From: Macrostomum lignano | Taxonomy: Eukaryota | DNA: 64,000 bases | Assembly (NCBI GenBank): GCA_002269645.1 | Contig: NIVC01000292.1 | Span: 62,001 to 126,000, forward strand | Reading direction: 5' to 3' | Part shown: positions 12,432-25,673 of the stretch, one piece after another | Numbering within the stretch: position 1 is the stretch's first letter | Layout: each line of letters begins with the position of its first letter | The notes under the pieces: generated by a model | Told to the model about the DNA's origin: nothing | Databases searched by the model: none | The model's input: the letters and a program-made list of their open reading frames with translations, nothing else | Made by a program: the position numbers and the translations under genes

Positions 12432-13165
12432 CAGTGAATCTGGAATCTGCAGGGAATCTGGAATCTGCAGGGAATCTGGGATCTGCAGGGAATCTGGGAT
12501 CTGCAGGTAATCTGGGATCTGCAGGGAATCTGGGATCTGCAGGGAATCTGGGATCTGCAGGGAATCTGGGATCTGCAGGGAATCTGGGATCTGCAGGGAA
12601 TCTGGGATCTGCAGGGAATCTGGGATCTGCAGGGAATCTGGAATCTGCAGGGAATCTGGGATCTGCAGGGAATCTGGAATCTGCAGGGAATCTGGGATCT
12701 GCAGGGAATCTGGAATCTGCAGGGAATCTGGGATCTGCAGGGAATCTGGGATCTGCAGGGAATCTGGGATCTGCAGGGAATCTGGGATCTGCAGGGAATC
12801 TGGGATCTGCAGGGAATCTGGGATCTGCAGGGAATCTGGGATCTGCAGGGAATCTGGGATCTGCAGGGAATCTGGTATCTACATGAGAATCTGGGATCTA
12901 CATGAGAATCTGGGATCTACATGAGAATCTGGGATCTACATGAGAATCTGGGATCTACATGAGAATCTGGGATCTACATGAGAATCTGTGATCTACATGA
13001 GAATCTGGGATCTACATGAGAATCTGGGATCTACATGAGAATCTGGGATCTACATGAGAATCTGGGATCTACATGAGAATCTGGGATCTACATGAGAATC
13101 TGGGATCTACATGAGAATCTGGGATCTACATGAGAATCTGGGATCTACATGAGAATCTGGGATCT
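12432..13165. repeat. Compound minisatellite: 18-bp (GGGAATCTGGGATCTGCA)n switching at ~12880 to 19-bp (TGAGAATCTGGGATCTACA)n
   Basis: Direct reading. Confidence 0.95.
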
Positions 13166-16100
13166 TTTGTATCTATTGAGGGAATTCAAGATCCAGGGAA
13201 ATTTGTACACATTGGATTAACATTGAGTTATGAGGGCAATTTATGGCATCTAAAAAACTGTACGCAGAACTGAAATGCAAGTTGCAGGCAATATCTCTGG
13301 TCCCAGATGGAAACCAGTAGGTTGTGTCGGAGAAATGACAAATTTTGATTTATGATTGCCAGTATCCACCTGTCTCCGCCTACGCCTCATACAATTTCGC
13401 TAATTTTCCGATCCCGAGCGCCGAGCGTTGAGAGCGGCAAGCCGAGTTTGCTTCCCCACACCTGCTCGCTTTGCCGCCGCAACCCCCTCCAGATGTTCCG
13501 GCCTTTTCAAGCCAAATCGGGGTGTGGGGATAAAAAACTGATAAGTTTCCGATGGGGGGGACTGCGGGGCTATCGGGTCGCCAGGACCAGCGAGGGGAAT
13601 CCATTGCAACTTGGGAAGGGAGAAAAATGGGGGGGGGACTGGAGTGGGGGCTGCCGCCTCCCTTCGAAGTTCGAACTCCCCCAGAGGGGAAGATTGGCGC
13701 CATTAATCACTGGAGGGAATGCATAAAATATCCTATTGGCCTTTTTACTGCCGGCGTTCCCCATCCATCCCGCTTCAAGCAACCCCCCCCCCTGTTTCGA
13801 GGTCGCAATCGCTAAAAGTTTGGGATATCTCCGGCCGTGATCTCCATGGAGAGCTATGTTTTTTTGGAATTCTGCAACTGTGGAATTTCGGGATAGCAAC
13901 AATATTGCACTACAATGAGTGACTCTATGGCTATACTCGGCTGGGAGTATTCCAATTCCAGCTCCGAGAGTCCCGGCGACTGCCCCAGCGCTGCTTTCAG
14001 ACAAGCGAGAGTGAAAGTGGGTGGAGCTTGAAGGGAGCGAAGTGGGAAGTGGTGCTGTGGGGAGAATTCTCCCCCTCCCAACCGCTGAGGAAGTTATTTG
14101 CTTTTCACTTATACAGCGGCTCGCAGCGCCGCCCCTCCCCCATTCCTCCTCGCCCTCTCTCGCCTCGGCGCATGCAGGCGGGCTGCAGCCCAGACCCAGA
14201 GGGGAGATTTGGTTGGAATGGGGAAGCCGCTAAAAAGGGGCAGAAGACTAGGGAGGAGGGGGTGGCTCCGTAATCTAATAGATCTTATCGGAAGAGGCGA
14301 AGGCCTGCCTACTCAACCGCTGGCTTCTCCTTTGCCTGGAATTAAGCTGGCTGAGAAGGGATGCTGGGCCAGACACCCCACCCTCCTCAGGAGTCCCCAT
14401 CCTTCAGGCTCGCCTCTCCCATTCTCCCTCCTATTATCTCTTCCGCCGCTTGACGCCGCCGCCAACCCCCGCCCCGGTGCAGCTTCAGCCCGATATTACC
14501 AAAAGAAGAGCGCCCTTTTTGCTGCTCTGGAGCCTCCAACTTTTTGTATAGCTTAGGTTATGGGTTGCAAGAGCTGAAGATGAAGCCCCAAACTCATATA
14601 TAGCATTTCTTATAAGCTTTTATGCTTTTTTCCGGCCAGACGCATCCAGTTAGCGACAAGACATAAAATGAGTTTAGCGATGCGATGCGTGTCACCCTGA
14701 TGGGCTCTCCAAGCCAGTCATTGTCCCGCAGTCTGGGCTGGATCTCATTGTTAGTTATAACAATTGAAGAAAAACTGAAGTCTTCTTTTGCTAGAGGCAC
14801 GATGGAGTGACAGGGCAGTTTCTTCTCAACTCTCAGCTGTGATTTGGCTGGCACAGCGGGGCTGGCTTAGACAGTCTATCCATATGTATTGTAATTGTTT
14901 GTTTGATTTTGAGTCATTTTCCTGCCAATGCCAGGGTCCGAAGGTGCAACCCACTCTCCTCAATGACGAGCTGGTTACAAAAGTAAAAGATGTACCGTTA
15001 CCGTAGCTAACGTTAATATCAAATTCTAAATGTAACGGTAATGTGCACGAGCATGAGTGGCTAATCCCTTTAATCCGAGTCCTATATATATGCTAACTAG
15101 CCTGCTAGTGCTAAGCGTGCAGCTTTGGGGCTTCAGCCTTCATTCAAATAGGCGGAATAGCTGATCAAACAAAGGCAAGCGGCGCGCATGCATTGTATGC
15201 CATGCTGGCCATGCGTGCACGGGAATACAGACCGGCGTGGGAGTCGGGGGCCGCGTCGACGTGGGAATAGAATCCCGCAAAGGATTGCCTTGCCATAGAA
15301 GAGAGAAACATGATTTGACTGTCCGCACGAGCTGCCCAAAGCAGATTAAGCGTGCGGCTGCGGGTTGGAATGGGAAATTGCTTTAGCTTCGCTTTTTACG
15401 ATTCCCAACAACAAAAGAAGCAAGCAATGGGCCCACGACGCTTAGATTAAACAGAAAAAAATGTATATATGTTGGCTCTGGGCAAAATAGAATTGACTAG
15501 CCGGCCAGGCCAGGCCTGATCATTGTCCAGTTCTCACTGTCACCTTGAGAGACAGGTATGGTACTGAGGATCGAGAGTATAAAGACTCAAATCCTATGAT
15601 TCCTATCCTAATTTTCAATTCAAAGCCAAGTTTCAATTTGCAATCAGTGCAGTTCAGTATTAGCTATAAACTAATTCCCCGTTTCCAACAATAAACTATT
15701 TTGTTTCTGGCTTTGCAAGCCCTTGTTGCGTTGGGTGGCTGGCTACAGGGGTGCGCGGGACTCCTCCGGTCTAGTGGAGGCAAATGTTACAAAACTTCAC
15801 TTTCAAGAATTAAGGGAATAGTTTAAAAGTCAAAGACTTATAAAGAGGAGGCAGAGGGGGCTTTAAGGCCCTTCTGCAATTGCTGGCATAGCAATGGCTT
15901 AAGGGTCATGCAGGAGCCCCCCTCCCGCCCAGCACCATGGATTGGGGGGCTCCCAAGCTTTTTGCAAGACCCTCAAAATGTCTCTCTTCATTGCAAAGGC
16001 AGCGGGGCAAGACGCAATGGCGGATATGCCTAGCAAAGCGCGCACCCCAGGCTAGAAGGCTGTTAACGTAGAAATTAAAGGGGCAGCCCCGTGATCGCGC

Positions 16101-18483
16101 ATGCTTTCCACTATGCCGGCTAGTCAGCCAATGAGAGGACCCGACTGGCGCCCCACCCCAGCCTCAACACCCACACCCCACCCCCTAGGCTCATTTGCCA
16201 TGTTATCAGACTTGATCCAACACTTGCGAGGGGTCACTTACTAGTTCTGTTGTGGGCCCTCTTCAGCGTTTGCTTGCATGACGTGACAGGGCTCCGAAGC
16301 CACACAGCACACAGACATTGGAAGCCGCCTCCTTTCCATACAAAACTCTTCTCACTCCCCAAACAGATCTTAAAGCCTTCTTCTCCCTTGGCTTCACAAT
16401 TTCCTTCCCTTATCACACACAGCCCAAGCTGAGCACAGCACTGGAGCACATTGACGACACCAGTCCTACTCAAACTTAATATCTGTTGAAGGACAAGATT
16501 AAGATTTCTGCAATTTTTTTTCATTTACCTTACTTTGTATCGTTTGTCTCGTGTCTCGGCATCAAATAATTAGAGTTTGTTGAGTTGGAAAATCTCCACT
16601 GCTATTCTCAGCCGTGATTTCTTCTTGGACTTGGAGTTGAGTTCGACAAACAACGAGTCTCCAGCATTCGCCTTCGTTTGGGTGAGTAGAGTTAAAATCG
16701 CCAATTAACTTTCAGGCCTAACAGCAATATGATCAGTGTTAAGTTAAATTAATTTGAACGAATCGGCTTTTGACTTTATTCTGCCATTGCAAATCAATTC
16801 CACCATCCAATTCCAAAGAATGATCCCATTTTCAATGAATTTTAACAGATTTATTCTTTAAACAATTCACGTTTTACAATTTTCTCGTGCCGCCTATGCG
16901 GGGGTTACTTTTCATTATATAGGCCTTAAGACTTGAAAAACCAATAACTAACGGATCCTAATTGCTAATTAACCACTTATTAACCTGGCCTGTTATAATT
17001 TTAACTTGGCCATGGCATAATTGAACCACCGGCTGGTCCCGATTTATTGCCTCTCAAATTAGTCCGATAAACGGGCAGCAATTTTAACTGAAAATAACTG
17101 ATTCGCAAACCAGGTTTCGCCTCAGTTTGTGTTTGCTGCATTTTCAACTGATAAAGTAGTTTGAGTCATTTGAGCATTCTGAATGAAATAACAATTCATA
17201 ATAGGTAAACCGCCTTTTCCATTCCAATTCAAATTGACGCTTACGGCTTAGCCTGTGCCTATGTTTAATAACGATGCCAAGACCAAAGGCCCTACCTACG
17301 AGTACCGAAGTTCCAAGCCCCAACCCACTCCTTTGCCTTATTCTCGACCATGCGAACTGATGAAGTGCCAGCAGAGAATTAGAAATTCTATATAAAAATT
17401 GTTTTGTTTAAAACAGCGCCCCACCCGCAACTGTCCAATTTACCCCCCCCCCCTATCCACCTCTATACAATGTGCCATCTATTCTATTGAGATAGGAGGG
17501 CCAAAGGCAAAGCAGAATTCAATGCAGACGACGAGAGCCTCTCCTGCGGCTTGCTTTGGCCTTGCTATTGCCTGTATGCATTTTACATGGCCCAATGCAA
17601 ACCATATGCAGCATTTGCTGTTGCCAGGGTCTCTGCAGTCTGCAGCACTGCACCTCCAACTCCAACCCCCCTCACACACACACACACTCAGCCAAACACC
17701 ATGGCGGCTCCACACAAACAAGCGGAAAAGAGCCTCTCTGAGGTTGTGGGGCTGTGGGGGGGGGACTACTGGCTTGAATTGCATAGGGGCCGTGTGTGTG
17801 TGTGTGTCTGAGTGGTGTGAAGGGCCTGGCCTGGCCTTTGCAATCTTTCGGGACTGGGGTGGGAAGCGGGCACTCATTGGCCGCATAGCCCCCAGCCAAT
17901 GCCCGACCAGCAAAGCTTTAAGCCTTGGCCCTGTGTTGGTGTGGTTGCAACTCCCAAGCCCTTTTTATGCAGGGACCGCGCCATCGCTAGACTAGAGAGA
18001 TTTTCTTCATTTGGCCTTCGCTCCCACTACTGCTAACCCCCCCCCCCCAGAGAAAGAAGCGAACCAGATGTCGCACTTGTGATCAATCTGCTTTTTTTGC
18101 CCCGAAGCCACGCAGTCAGTCAGTCACTCGGGCCGTTAGCTCGGTTTTCCCATCTCTTTCTTCCTCTGGTCTGCGACTGTTTTTCCTTCCTTGGTTCATT
18201 TCCCACCGGAGCTTCTCTAGGCAAAGAAAATTGAAATCACGCACGGAGACACTCAGCTGAGAGAGAAAGCGGCCGACCCAGAAAGCTCCCAGGACTTCCT
18301 CCGGGCCGCTGACCCAGAAACTCTATTAAGAGTAATATATACCCACCTACTTTGTTTTACTTTACTACCGCAGTAACGGTTTTAAGCACCGCAAATTGCT
18401 GGAAATTGGAGTCGCTAAAGCAGACTTATAAAACAAACCGTATTGCAGCCGGCGCAGCCCCTTGACCGTGCCATGCCAAACGG

Positions 18484-18882
18484 ATGTCAGCTGCTGAGCC
18501 GGTGATACCCCAGCAGCAGCAGCAGCAGCCAGCTGAGCACACTCTGTCGGACTCCTTCGCCTCCTCGGGATCCGACTGGAACCTTCTCGGCGATCTCATG
18601 ATCGACCTGAGCTCGGCAGACCAGCAGCAGCAGCAGCCGCCGCCACCGCCGGCCCTGAAGATGCCAGCAACCGAGGCGCCCGCCGCGCCATCGGAGACGC
18701 CAGCCCTCGGCCCGAAGCCGGAGCCGGCCGCGCCACCCGACAAGAGCCTGAAGATGAAGATCAAGCGCAAGTCCAAGCACGAGGAGAAGCACGAGATTGT
18801 CGCCGCCGAGGCCCCGCCGGCCAGAGACGACTCGGCCGCCGACTCGGCCGGGCCCAACGCCAAGAAGGCTCGCGTTGACAAG
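18484..18882 (+). CDS. ZNF608: scribbler/brakeless (ZNF608/ZNF609 family) transcriptional co-repressor, coding exon 1
   Basis: SGSDWNLLGDLMIDL resembles the family N-terminal SGDDWEIGVGNLIIDL motif, and KSLKMKIKRK is the family basic motif. Donor GACAAG|GTGAGC at 18883, phase 0. Confidence 0.85.
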
Positions 18883-19156
18883 GTGAGCCGCGCGGGGGGT
18901 CTGGGGCCCCCGCCAATCTGGAGACACACCCCACTTCCCCAGGATCCCCGTCAGCCTGGTCCCCGGGGGGATAAATGCAATCACTCCCCAATTTTCTCCC
19001 AATCTTCTCCCGGATGCCCCGCCGAGCCCCGGTCGAAATTAAAGAGCCGCGTTTAATGAAGGGGACGAATGTGACCTGGGATTTCCCCAATGCGATCCAT
19101 CCGCTGATCGCTGATGACGTCATCCGTTTCTAACCCGCTGCCTCCCCGCGACACAG

Positions 19157-20160
19157 GCCGACAACGGCAAAAAGAAGACTGCCACCCAGCCGGGGTCCCA
19201 GCAGGCCCGACGGGACGCCTCGGTGAACACGGCCACGGTGGGCACCTCGGTTGAGCCCGACCAACTGGGGCCCTGCGACACCGGCACTAACATCAGCCTG
19301 GATGGCATCGTGTGGCTGGAGACGACCACCGGCCTGCTTGTGGTGAACGTCACCTGGCGTGGCCGCACCTACGTCGGTACCCTGCTGGACTCCTCGCAGC
19401 ACGAGTTCGCGCCCCCCTGCCCCAAAGACTACGTGCCGCCCATGGAGACTTCGTCGTCTAGGAATGCGCGCGGCCGCGGCAAGCGGCGACCTCCGGGTTG
19501 CAACGGCGGCGGTGGAAGCAGCGGCGTTAACGGAGTCGCCCGGGGCAGTCGCCGGCTGGGCCGCCAGCTGCCGCTGTCGAGTCGAGGCAGCGACGAAAGC
19601 GACGAAGGCAGCCGGCAGGACGGCAAGGAGGACGGCAGCAAGTCGCAGTCGCCGCCGGCGCAGCTGCCGGGCGACCCGCAGCAGCAGCAGTCGGGCGATG
19701 ACACCCAGCTGCCCGACCAGCCGCATATCAAGTGCCCGGAGCTCGGCTGCGACAAGCGCTTCTCCCAGCTGCAGGCGCTGAAGTGGCACACCATCAGGCA
19801 CCACGGCGAGCTGCGGCCCAGCCTGGCCTGCACCGCCGACCTCCTCCAGGCTGAGCAGTTGCGCGAGATCAAGTCTCTGGACGGCTCCAGTGTCTTCAAG
19901 GTGCCTCAGCAGCGAATCGCCGCGCAGCAGCAGCAGCCGCCGCCGGTGGCCGCCGCCAGAACCTCACCGTCGAAGACCGTGACCGTGTCTAAGACGTGCC
20001 CGGTGCCCACCGCCGCTGGCCAGGCCAAGCCAGTCAAGGAGGACAAGGCCGCCCCGCCTGCCCAAGGCCCCTTCAAGCCCATCCAGCCCAAACCGGAGCT
20101 GCTGGAGGCCGCGGCGGCTGAGCCCGCCCCCCTGGTCAACGGCGCTGTCACGGACTTCGC
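19157..20160 (+). CDS. ZNF608: scribbler/ZNF608-609, coding exon 2 first part (conserved D2 domain plus single C2H2 finger)
   Basis: acacAG|GCC GAC AAC is in frame with ORF 19223. It contains EPDQLGPCDTGTNISLDGIVWLETTTGLLVVNVTWRGRTYVGTLLD (family LGPCEPGTSVNLEGIVW...VVNVTWRNKTYVGTLLD) and the finger CPELGCDKRFSQLQALKWHTIRHH. Confidence 0.92.
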
Positions 20161-21252
20161 CAGAAGAAAAAGCAGCGCCGCAGTCCCGAGAGGCCGCCGG
20201 CGTTGGCGCCGAAAATGGCGCCAACTGGGAGCGGCAGCGGCCAGCGCGCCAAGTGCAGCCGCCGCTCCGACCCCGTCTCCCCCGCTTACAGCGACATCAG
20301 CGACGAGGGCTCTGCGCCGCTGCTGGAGAAAGAGGAGCCACCGGCCTCGCCTCCTCCACCACCGCCTCCGCCACCGTCCGCCGCTCAGCCGCCGACATCC
20401 TTGACGCCCCAGCCGAAGACTTCAGCCGCCCCGCCGGCCGCCATCGTTTCGCCGCTGCCGCAGTCGCACAGGCCGCGCTTGCCCGCCTCTCCCGCCGTCG
20501 CTTCGAAACCCGCCGCCGCGCACCACGCCACGCCGAGAGGCTCGCCTAACGCGCCGCAGAAGCCAAGCCTCGGCCACTCGCCCTCGGAGGACACCGCCAA
20601 GCAGGCGGAGGAGCGGCGGCAGATCCTGGCAGAGAACTCTGACATTCGCGAGCAGCAACAGCAGCAGCAGCAGCATCAACTGAAGGAGCCGCCAAGGACT
20701 CCGCAGCTTCAGTCGCCGTCGTCCTGCCGGCCCTCCTCGCGTCAGTCGGTGCCGCCGCCGCCGATCTCCGCCGCCTCGGCCTTCATGGGCGCCCTGGCGC
20801 CGCCGCCGCACCCGATGGCGCCGCCGCCGCCGTTCCCAGCCGGCCCCCCTGGGGGCTTCCCGGACTACCGCCTGCTGGGCCGCGGGTTCGACTGCGGCCA
20901 GTTCATGTCGCCCTTTCTGCACGACAAGGCTTCGATGGAGGCTCTGGGATATGCGCGCTCGCCCTTCATCATGCAGCAGCAGCAACAGCAGCAGCAGCAG
21001 CACAAGATTCACGAGCTGGCCGCTGGCTCCGTCAGCCCCGGGCCCGGCAAAACCCCGCCGGCGAACGGCCTGCCGCATCACGGAGCTCCGCCGCCGCCGC
21101 CTCCACCGCCGCCTCAGCAGCCGCCGATGCCGCCGCACAGCCTGGGCCCGCCGTTCCACCGGCCCGGCCTGGTGGAGCCCTTCATGATGGCGCCGCCGTT
21201 CTCCATTCCTTCGCCGCTGATGCCGCAGCCGCACTTTCTGCCGCACAAATGA
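20161..21252 (+). CDS. ZNF608: scribbler/ZNF608-609, exon 2 continuation in the -1 frame (Pro/Gln-rich C-terminus)
   Basis: The frame starting CAG AAG AAA AAG (QKKKQRRSPERP) contains the family motif SPAYSDISD and runs open to TGA at 21250-21252. Joining it needs a 1-nt indel or an intron near 20160. Confidence 0.8.
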   Translation, partial: QKKKQRRSPERPPALAPKMAPTGSGSGQRAKCSRRSDPVSPAYSDISDEGSAPLLEKEEPPASPPPPPPPPPSAAQPPTSLTPQPKTSAAPPAAIVSPLPQSHRPRLPASPAVASKPAAAHHATPRGSPNAPQKPSLGHSPSEDTAKQAEERRQILAENSDIREQQQQQQQHQLKEPPRTPQLQSPSSCRPSSRQSVPPPPISAASAFMGALAPPPHPMAPPPPFPAGPPGGFPDYRLLGRGFDCGQFMSPFLHDKASMEALGYARSPFIMQQQQQQQQQHKIHELAAGSVSPGPGKTPPANGLPHHGAPPPPPPPPPQQPPMPPHSLGPPFHRPGLVEPFMMAPPFSIPSPLMPQPHFLPHK

Positions 21253-22669
21253 GCACTGACAATTTCTTGACCCCCACCCCCCTCAGCTGCCTGCGATCGC
21301 CCTTGGCCTTCAGTACACACCGGACTCAATACACCTGCTGTCTTTCCCTTGAGTAGCTGGCCTGCAATTAAGTACAGAGCTAAAATTCAATATTATTGGA
21401 AACCCCCATCGCTGTTTCCCCCAGAAGAATCTTCTGCTTTCAGCCAAAGCGAAAAGTGGCTCGTCCCCAAATTCTTAGCGATTTTTCCTCGGATTGGCAT
21501 GGAAGTCATCATCCATTGATCGGAACAGCCTTCTTGTTTGTTTAACGAAATCCCCGCGGGGAGTTTTTTCCTCTCCAGCCATCCTCTGCTTCACCCTTTC
21601 TAAGCGTCTTTGTTCCCTTGCTTGGGTTGTTGACTGAGGCGTGTGTGGTGTCTGTCTCCTTCATCACAGCTCCCTCACCACCCCAGCCTCCCTCCCCAAG
21701 GGCTTCCTTCATCATTTCCCCTCCTCCAAGCCTGCCAGCCTCCCTCGCCCAGTCCAGCCACCCGCTGGCCCATTGTAATCGGTCTGCTTCTGGCCCCACC
21801 CACCTCCCCTCGCATAAACACGGGGCTGACTGACATTTAACAAGTCCAGCTGCTGCCCCGGCCCTCCCCCAATCCCCATGCCAGCCGCCTGACTGACCGG
21901 CCCGTTTTGAATTTGATCAGCTCCTTGCTTAGTCTTAGCTTTTGTCCGCTTCTATCCATAATAGTCTGTGTAGGCTTCTCCTAGAAGCAGCAACAGCGCT
22001 AATTGTGCTTCTTTTGCAACAATAGACCGCTATTTCCACTATTATTTATTATAATGAATAGAGATGCGGTGTGCGGCGGCTCCTTGATCCACATTGATTG
22101 ACACCTCTGATCCAACCTGCTTATCCGGTCACTGAGACTCTTTAAACGCTTTATCGAACCTCTTCTATTTTGCTCTGCCACTGTCTGATTATTTTTGTTC
22201 CAAGAATTGTCGATTTAATTCTGTCCACCAGCTCACCTGCTCCTATTTGGCGTTGCTGTGCGCACGTTGCTTTGATTTTTCCTCGGTCCTTGAAGATCCA
22301 AATGAATATTAACTATTTAGGCATTGGCGCTGGGGCTCGCCTGGCTGTGGGGGCACTATTCTAATTTCTGCTATCAGCGTTCTGTTTTGCTGCTTTCATG
22401 TATCATAGTTTCTGCTCCTTTGTGTACAGACAGAGCCGCTTTATAGAATCACTTTAGTTAAAGCTATTGTTGCACCCCTGCTGCACAAGGGCTTTGGTAG
22501 TGAAGCAAACACACTCTGCACCACTATTTGCTTATTCATTTTATTTATTGATGAAATAAATATACAATAAGCGGCACATCTTATCTTCAATGGTCACCAG
22601 TTTGTCTAGCTGCCTGCCTGCCTGCAAGCTTCTAATTGCGACATTGCGTCTGCTTTTTTGTCATGAAAT

Positions 22670-22930
22670 CCCGTCATTTGATCCCCCAATTCCCACTATT
22701 TGATCCCGAAATCCCGCCCGCTAGTTGATCCAAAAATCCCGCTGTTTGATCCCGAAATCCCGCCCGCTAGTTGATCCAAAAATCCCGCTGTTTGATCCCG
22801 AAATCCCGCCCGCTAGTTGATCCCGAAATCCCGCTGTTAGATCCCTGAATCCCACTATTTGATCCCAAAATCCCGCTAATTGATCCCAAAATTCCGTTAT
22901 CCCATCTCGAAATCCCGCTTTTTGGTCCCA
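22670..22930. repeat. Degenerate minisatellite built on TTGATCCCGAAATCCCGC
   Basis: Direct reading. Confidence 0.85.
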
Positions 22931-23914
22931 AAATCTCACTTTCGATCTCGAAATCCCCCTATTTGGCCCTGAAATTCCCTTATTTCATTATAAAATCCCA
23001 ATTATTGTTTCCGTACTGATATCCAAATCCAAAAATGCCACTACATCTTTCTTATCCCCCAAAGTAGGCAAAAAATGCTCAATACAGAATTTTTACCCAG
23101 GCACAAATTTTTGTCACTATCCCGGTCACCATCTTGCTTGCTATGGAAACTTCAAAACCTCTTCTTCTGCCATTTCATCTGTTTGCCATTGTCTGGCAGG
23201 CAGGCGACATTGCCCGGCAGCCACTGGCTGGGCTGCCTCTGGACCAATCAGAGGCCGTGAAAACGGCGACTGCAGAATTAGCTGCAGAAGCAGAGCAGCC
23301 TCGTCTTCTAGCGCTCAAGGAAAGGAAATCAGTAGGAGAGAAAGCAAAAATTGAAAACAAAATGAAAAAAAGAATTTTTCTAAGAGAAAAGCCGCGCCCA
23401 GCGCAACTTTTTACACGATAAAAAATTCTTTCGCTTCCTGCCAGGGAAGCGGGGGCGATTTTTCTCCGCGGGATTGATTGCGAGGACTCAAGGAAGACTC
23501 AAAAGAGAGGAGAGAGAGAGAGAAAAGCAGCTAGCCTGCTTTTGCGTGTCAGACTGAGTCGCAGCTTCGTTTGCTCTGGGTCTTATCTGCAGTTCTGTCT
23601 CTCTGTGATTTTTCACTAAACCCTGCGCTGTTCCTGCATGAGACAACAGACAAGCCTACAGATTGCCTTCGGTCCCTCTGGCCTGTGCATGGCGTCGGCT
23701 CTGAGGTGCAGCGTAACTGTGCCCCCCCCCCCCCCAACAAGTTTATCTTGCTGTAGGGACAGTCTATCACTACAGGGCGCTGTTGTCAGTCAGTGCAGGG
23801 GAGAAGGTGGACGGCCTGCGGCAGTCTGAAGCTGCACCCCGGCGGCCCTCGGTCCTCTGATAAGATTCAAGTTACTATGGGTGTGCCGAAGTGTGTTGCT
23901 TTGGGCTCATATAT

Positions 23915-24210
23915 GCAAGGGTGTTGCTTAGGGCCTCATAAGGGTGTTGCTTAGTTTATGAGGGTGTTGTTTAGGGTTTGTAGGGGTGTTTCTTTGGGTT
24001 TATAAAGGTGTTGCTTAGGGTTTATGAGGGTGTTGCTTAGGGTTTATGAGGGTGTTGCTTAGGGTTTATGATGGTGTTGCTTAGGCTTTGTAAGGGTGTT
24101 GCTTCGGGTCTATAAGGGTGTTGCTTTGGGCTTATAAGGGTGTTTCTTTAAGTTTGTAAGGGTGTTGCTTAGGGTTTATAAGGGTGTTGCTTTTGGGCTT
24201 ATAAGGGCTC
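23915..24210. repeat. Degenerate ~22-bp minisatellite (GGGTGTTGCTTAGGGTTTATGA)n containing TTAGGG
   Basis: Direct reading. Confidence 0.88.
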
Positions 24211-24754
24211 CATTTTGAACTCATAGGGTCGCCAAGTTCAGGTGTCCACATCTGACCACAGAGCGACCAATTAATTAAAACTGAACCCTTTCGTCTACCT
24301 ACAGCTCTCATAGTCTCTGTCCCTTGCCTCTCACACAGCTGCGGTGGGGAATAAAGTCCCTATAGATCAATGAATGGCATTATTGGTTGCTGGGTTGGGG
24401 CCACTCCACTCTGTCGCGCTCCGTAGCACTGCAGCAGCGCCGACACACGTTGAGAGCTGCAGAAGCCCCTCTACACTGCTGCAGCTGCTGCAGTACCAAA
24501 AACTGCTAGGCTGTCCCTAGCCACCCCCGCAGCTGCAGCTACACAGCCAGCCCCATGGCTCTCAGACAGCTGGGCTGGGCCAAGGGCAGCTCAGCGGAGC
24601 GTGCAGGCCCGCATTCGTGTGCTCTCAATGTATTGTGTGCTTCTCTACCGCCTTCTTTCCGTCTATGCCTGCCTGTCTGTCTCAGTTTGCGTTCCGCCTG
24701 CGGCTGCGGGTCAAATTTATACAAAAGCACTACATGCTGAGCTCCTGTAGAATG

Positions 24755-25175
24755 CATTGCTAATCCATCTCCCCAACCGAGAGTAGGTGCCGCTAATCCA
24801 TCTCCCCAAACGAGAGTAGGTGCAGCTAATCTATCTCCCCAACCGAGAGTAGGTGCAGCTAATCCATCTCCCTAACCGAGAGCAGAGATTTCAGTAGGTG
24901 CAGCTGATCTATCTCCCCAACCGAGAGTAGAGATTTCAGTAGGTGCAGCTGATCTATCTCCCCAACCGAGAGTAGAGATTTCAGTAGGTGCAGCTGATCT
25001 ATCTCCCCAACCGAGAGTAGAGATTTCAGTAGGTGCAGCTGATCCATCTCCCCAACCGAGAGCAGAGATTTCAGTAGGTGCAGCTGATCCATCTCCCCAA
25101 CCGAGAGTAGAGATTTCAGTAGGTGCAGCTGATTCATCTCCCCAACCGAGAGCAGAGATTTCAGTAGGTGCAGCT
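24755..25175. repeat. 45-bp minisatellite (TCAGTAGGTGCAGCTGATCTATCTCCCCAACCGAGAGTAGAGATT)n preceded by shorter ~33-bp variants
   Basis: Direct reading. 15-aa periodicity in the overlapping pseudo-ORF. Confidence 0.92.
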
Positions 25176-25673
25176 GGGTACTGCACCGCAGCTGCTGCAG
25201 TTTAGGGCTGCCCTCGCTCTCTCGTGTTCGGCGCAAGGCATTAGAAAGAGAAACAGAGGGACTCTGCATGCATAGGGGATGAGAGAGGCGGGTAGGGCAG
25301 GCCGGGGAAGCCGGGCTGAGGATGCGGCTGCCCTGGCCCAGTTTCCGTCGCATAAAATATGCCCAGGGAAAATGAAATGCAGGCGGAGGCTGGCGCTGTC
25401 GGGCTGGGGGGTGGCACAGAACCGGTCTGGAGGTCCCACTGTGACGGCAGGGTTTGTGATGGAGCCTTCCAGCTGCCGCGCATCCGCCTTCCCCCCCATC
25501 CTCAATCCTCATCCCAAGCCTTTGGGCGGGAGGGGGCGCCAGGCCAAGTTAATGAATGTTGCGAGGCTGCGGCTGTATGCGCGAAAGTGCTGCGGCGAAA
25601 CTCCAAGCCTTCACAAGTCGCATGCTGAGATGTGTCACCAGCGGGAGCTTCTGCTGAGAGAATTCGTCTCGAT

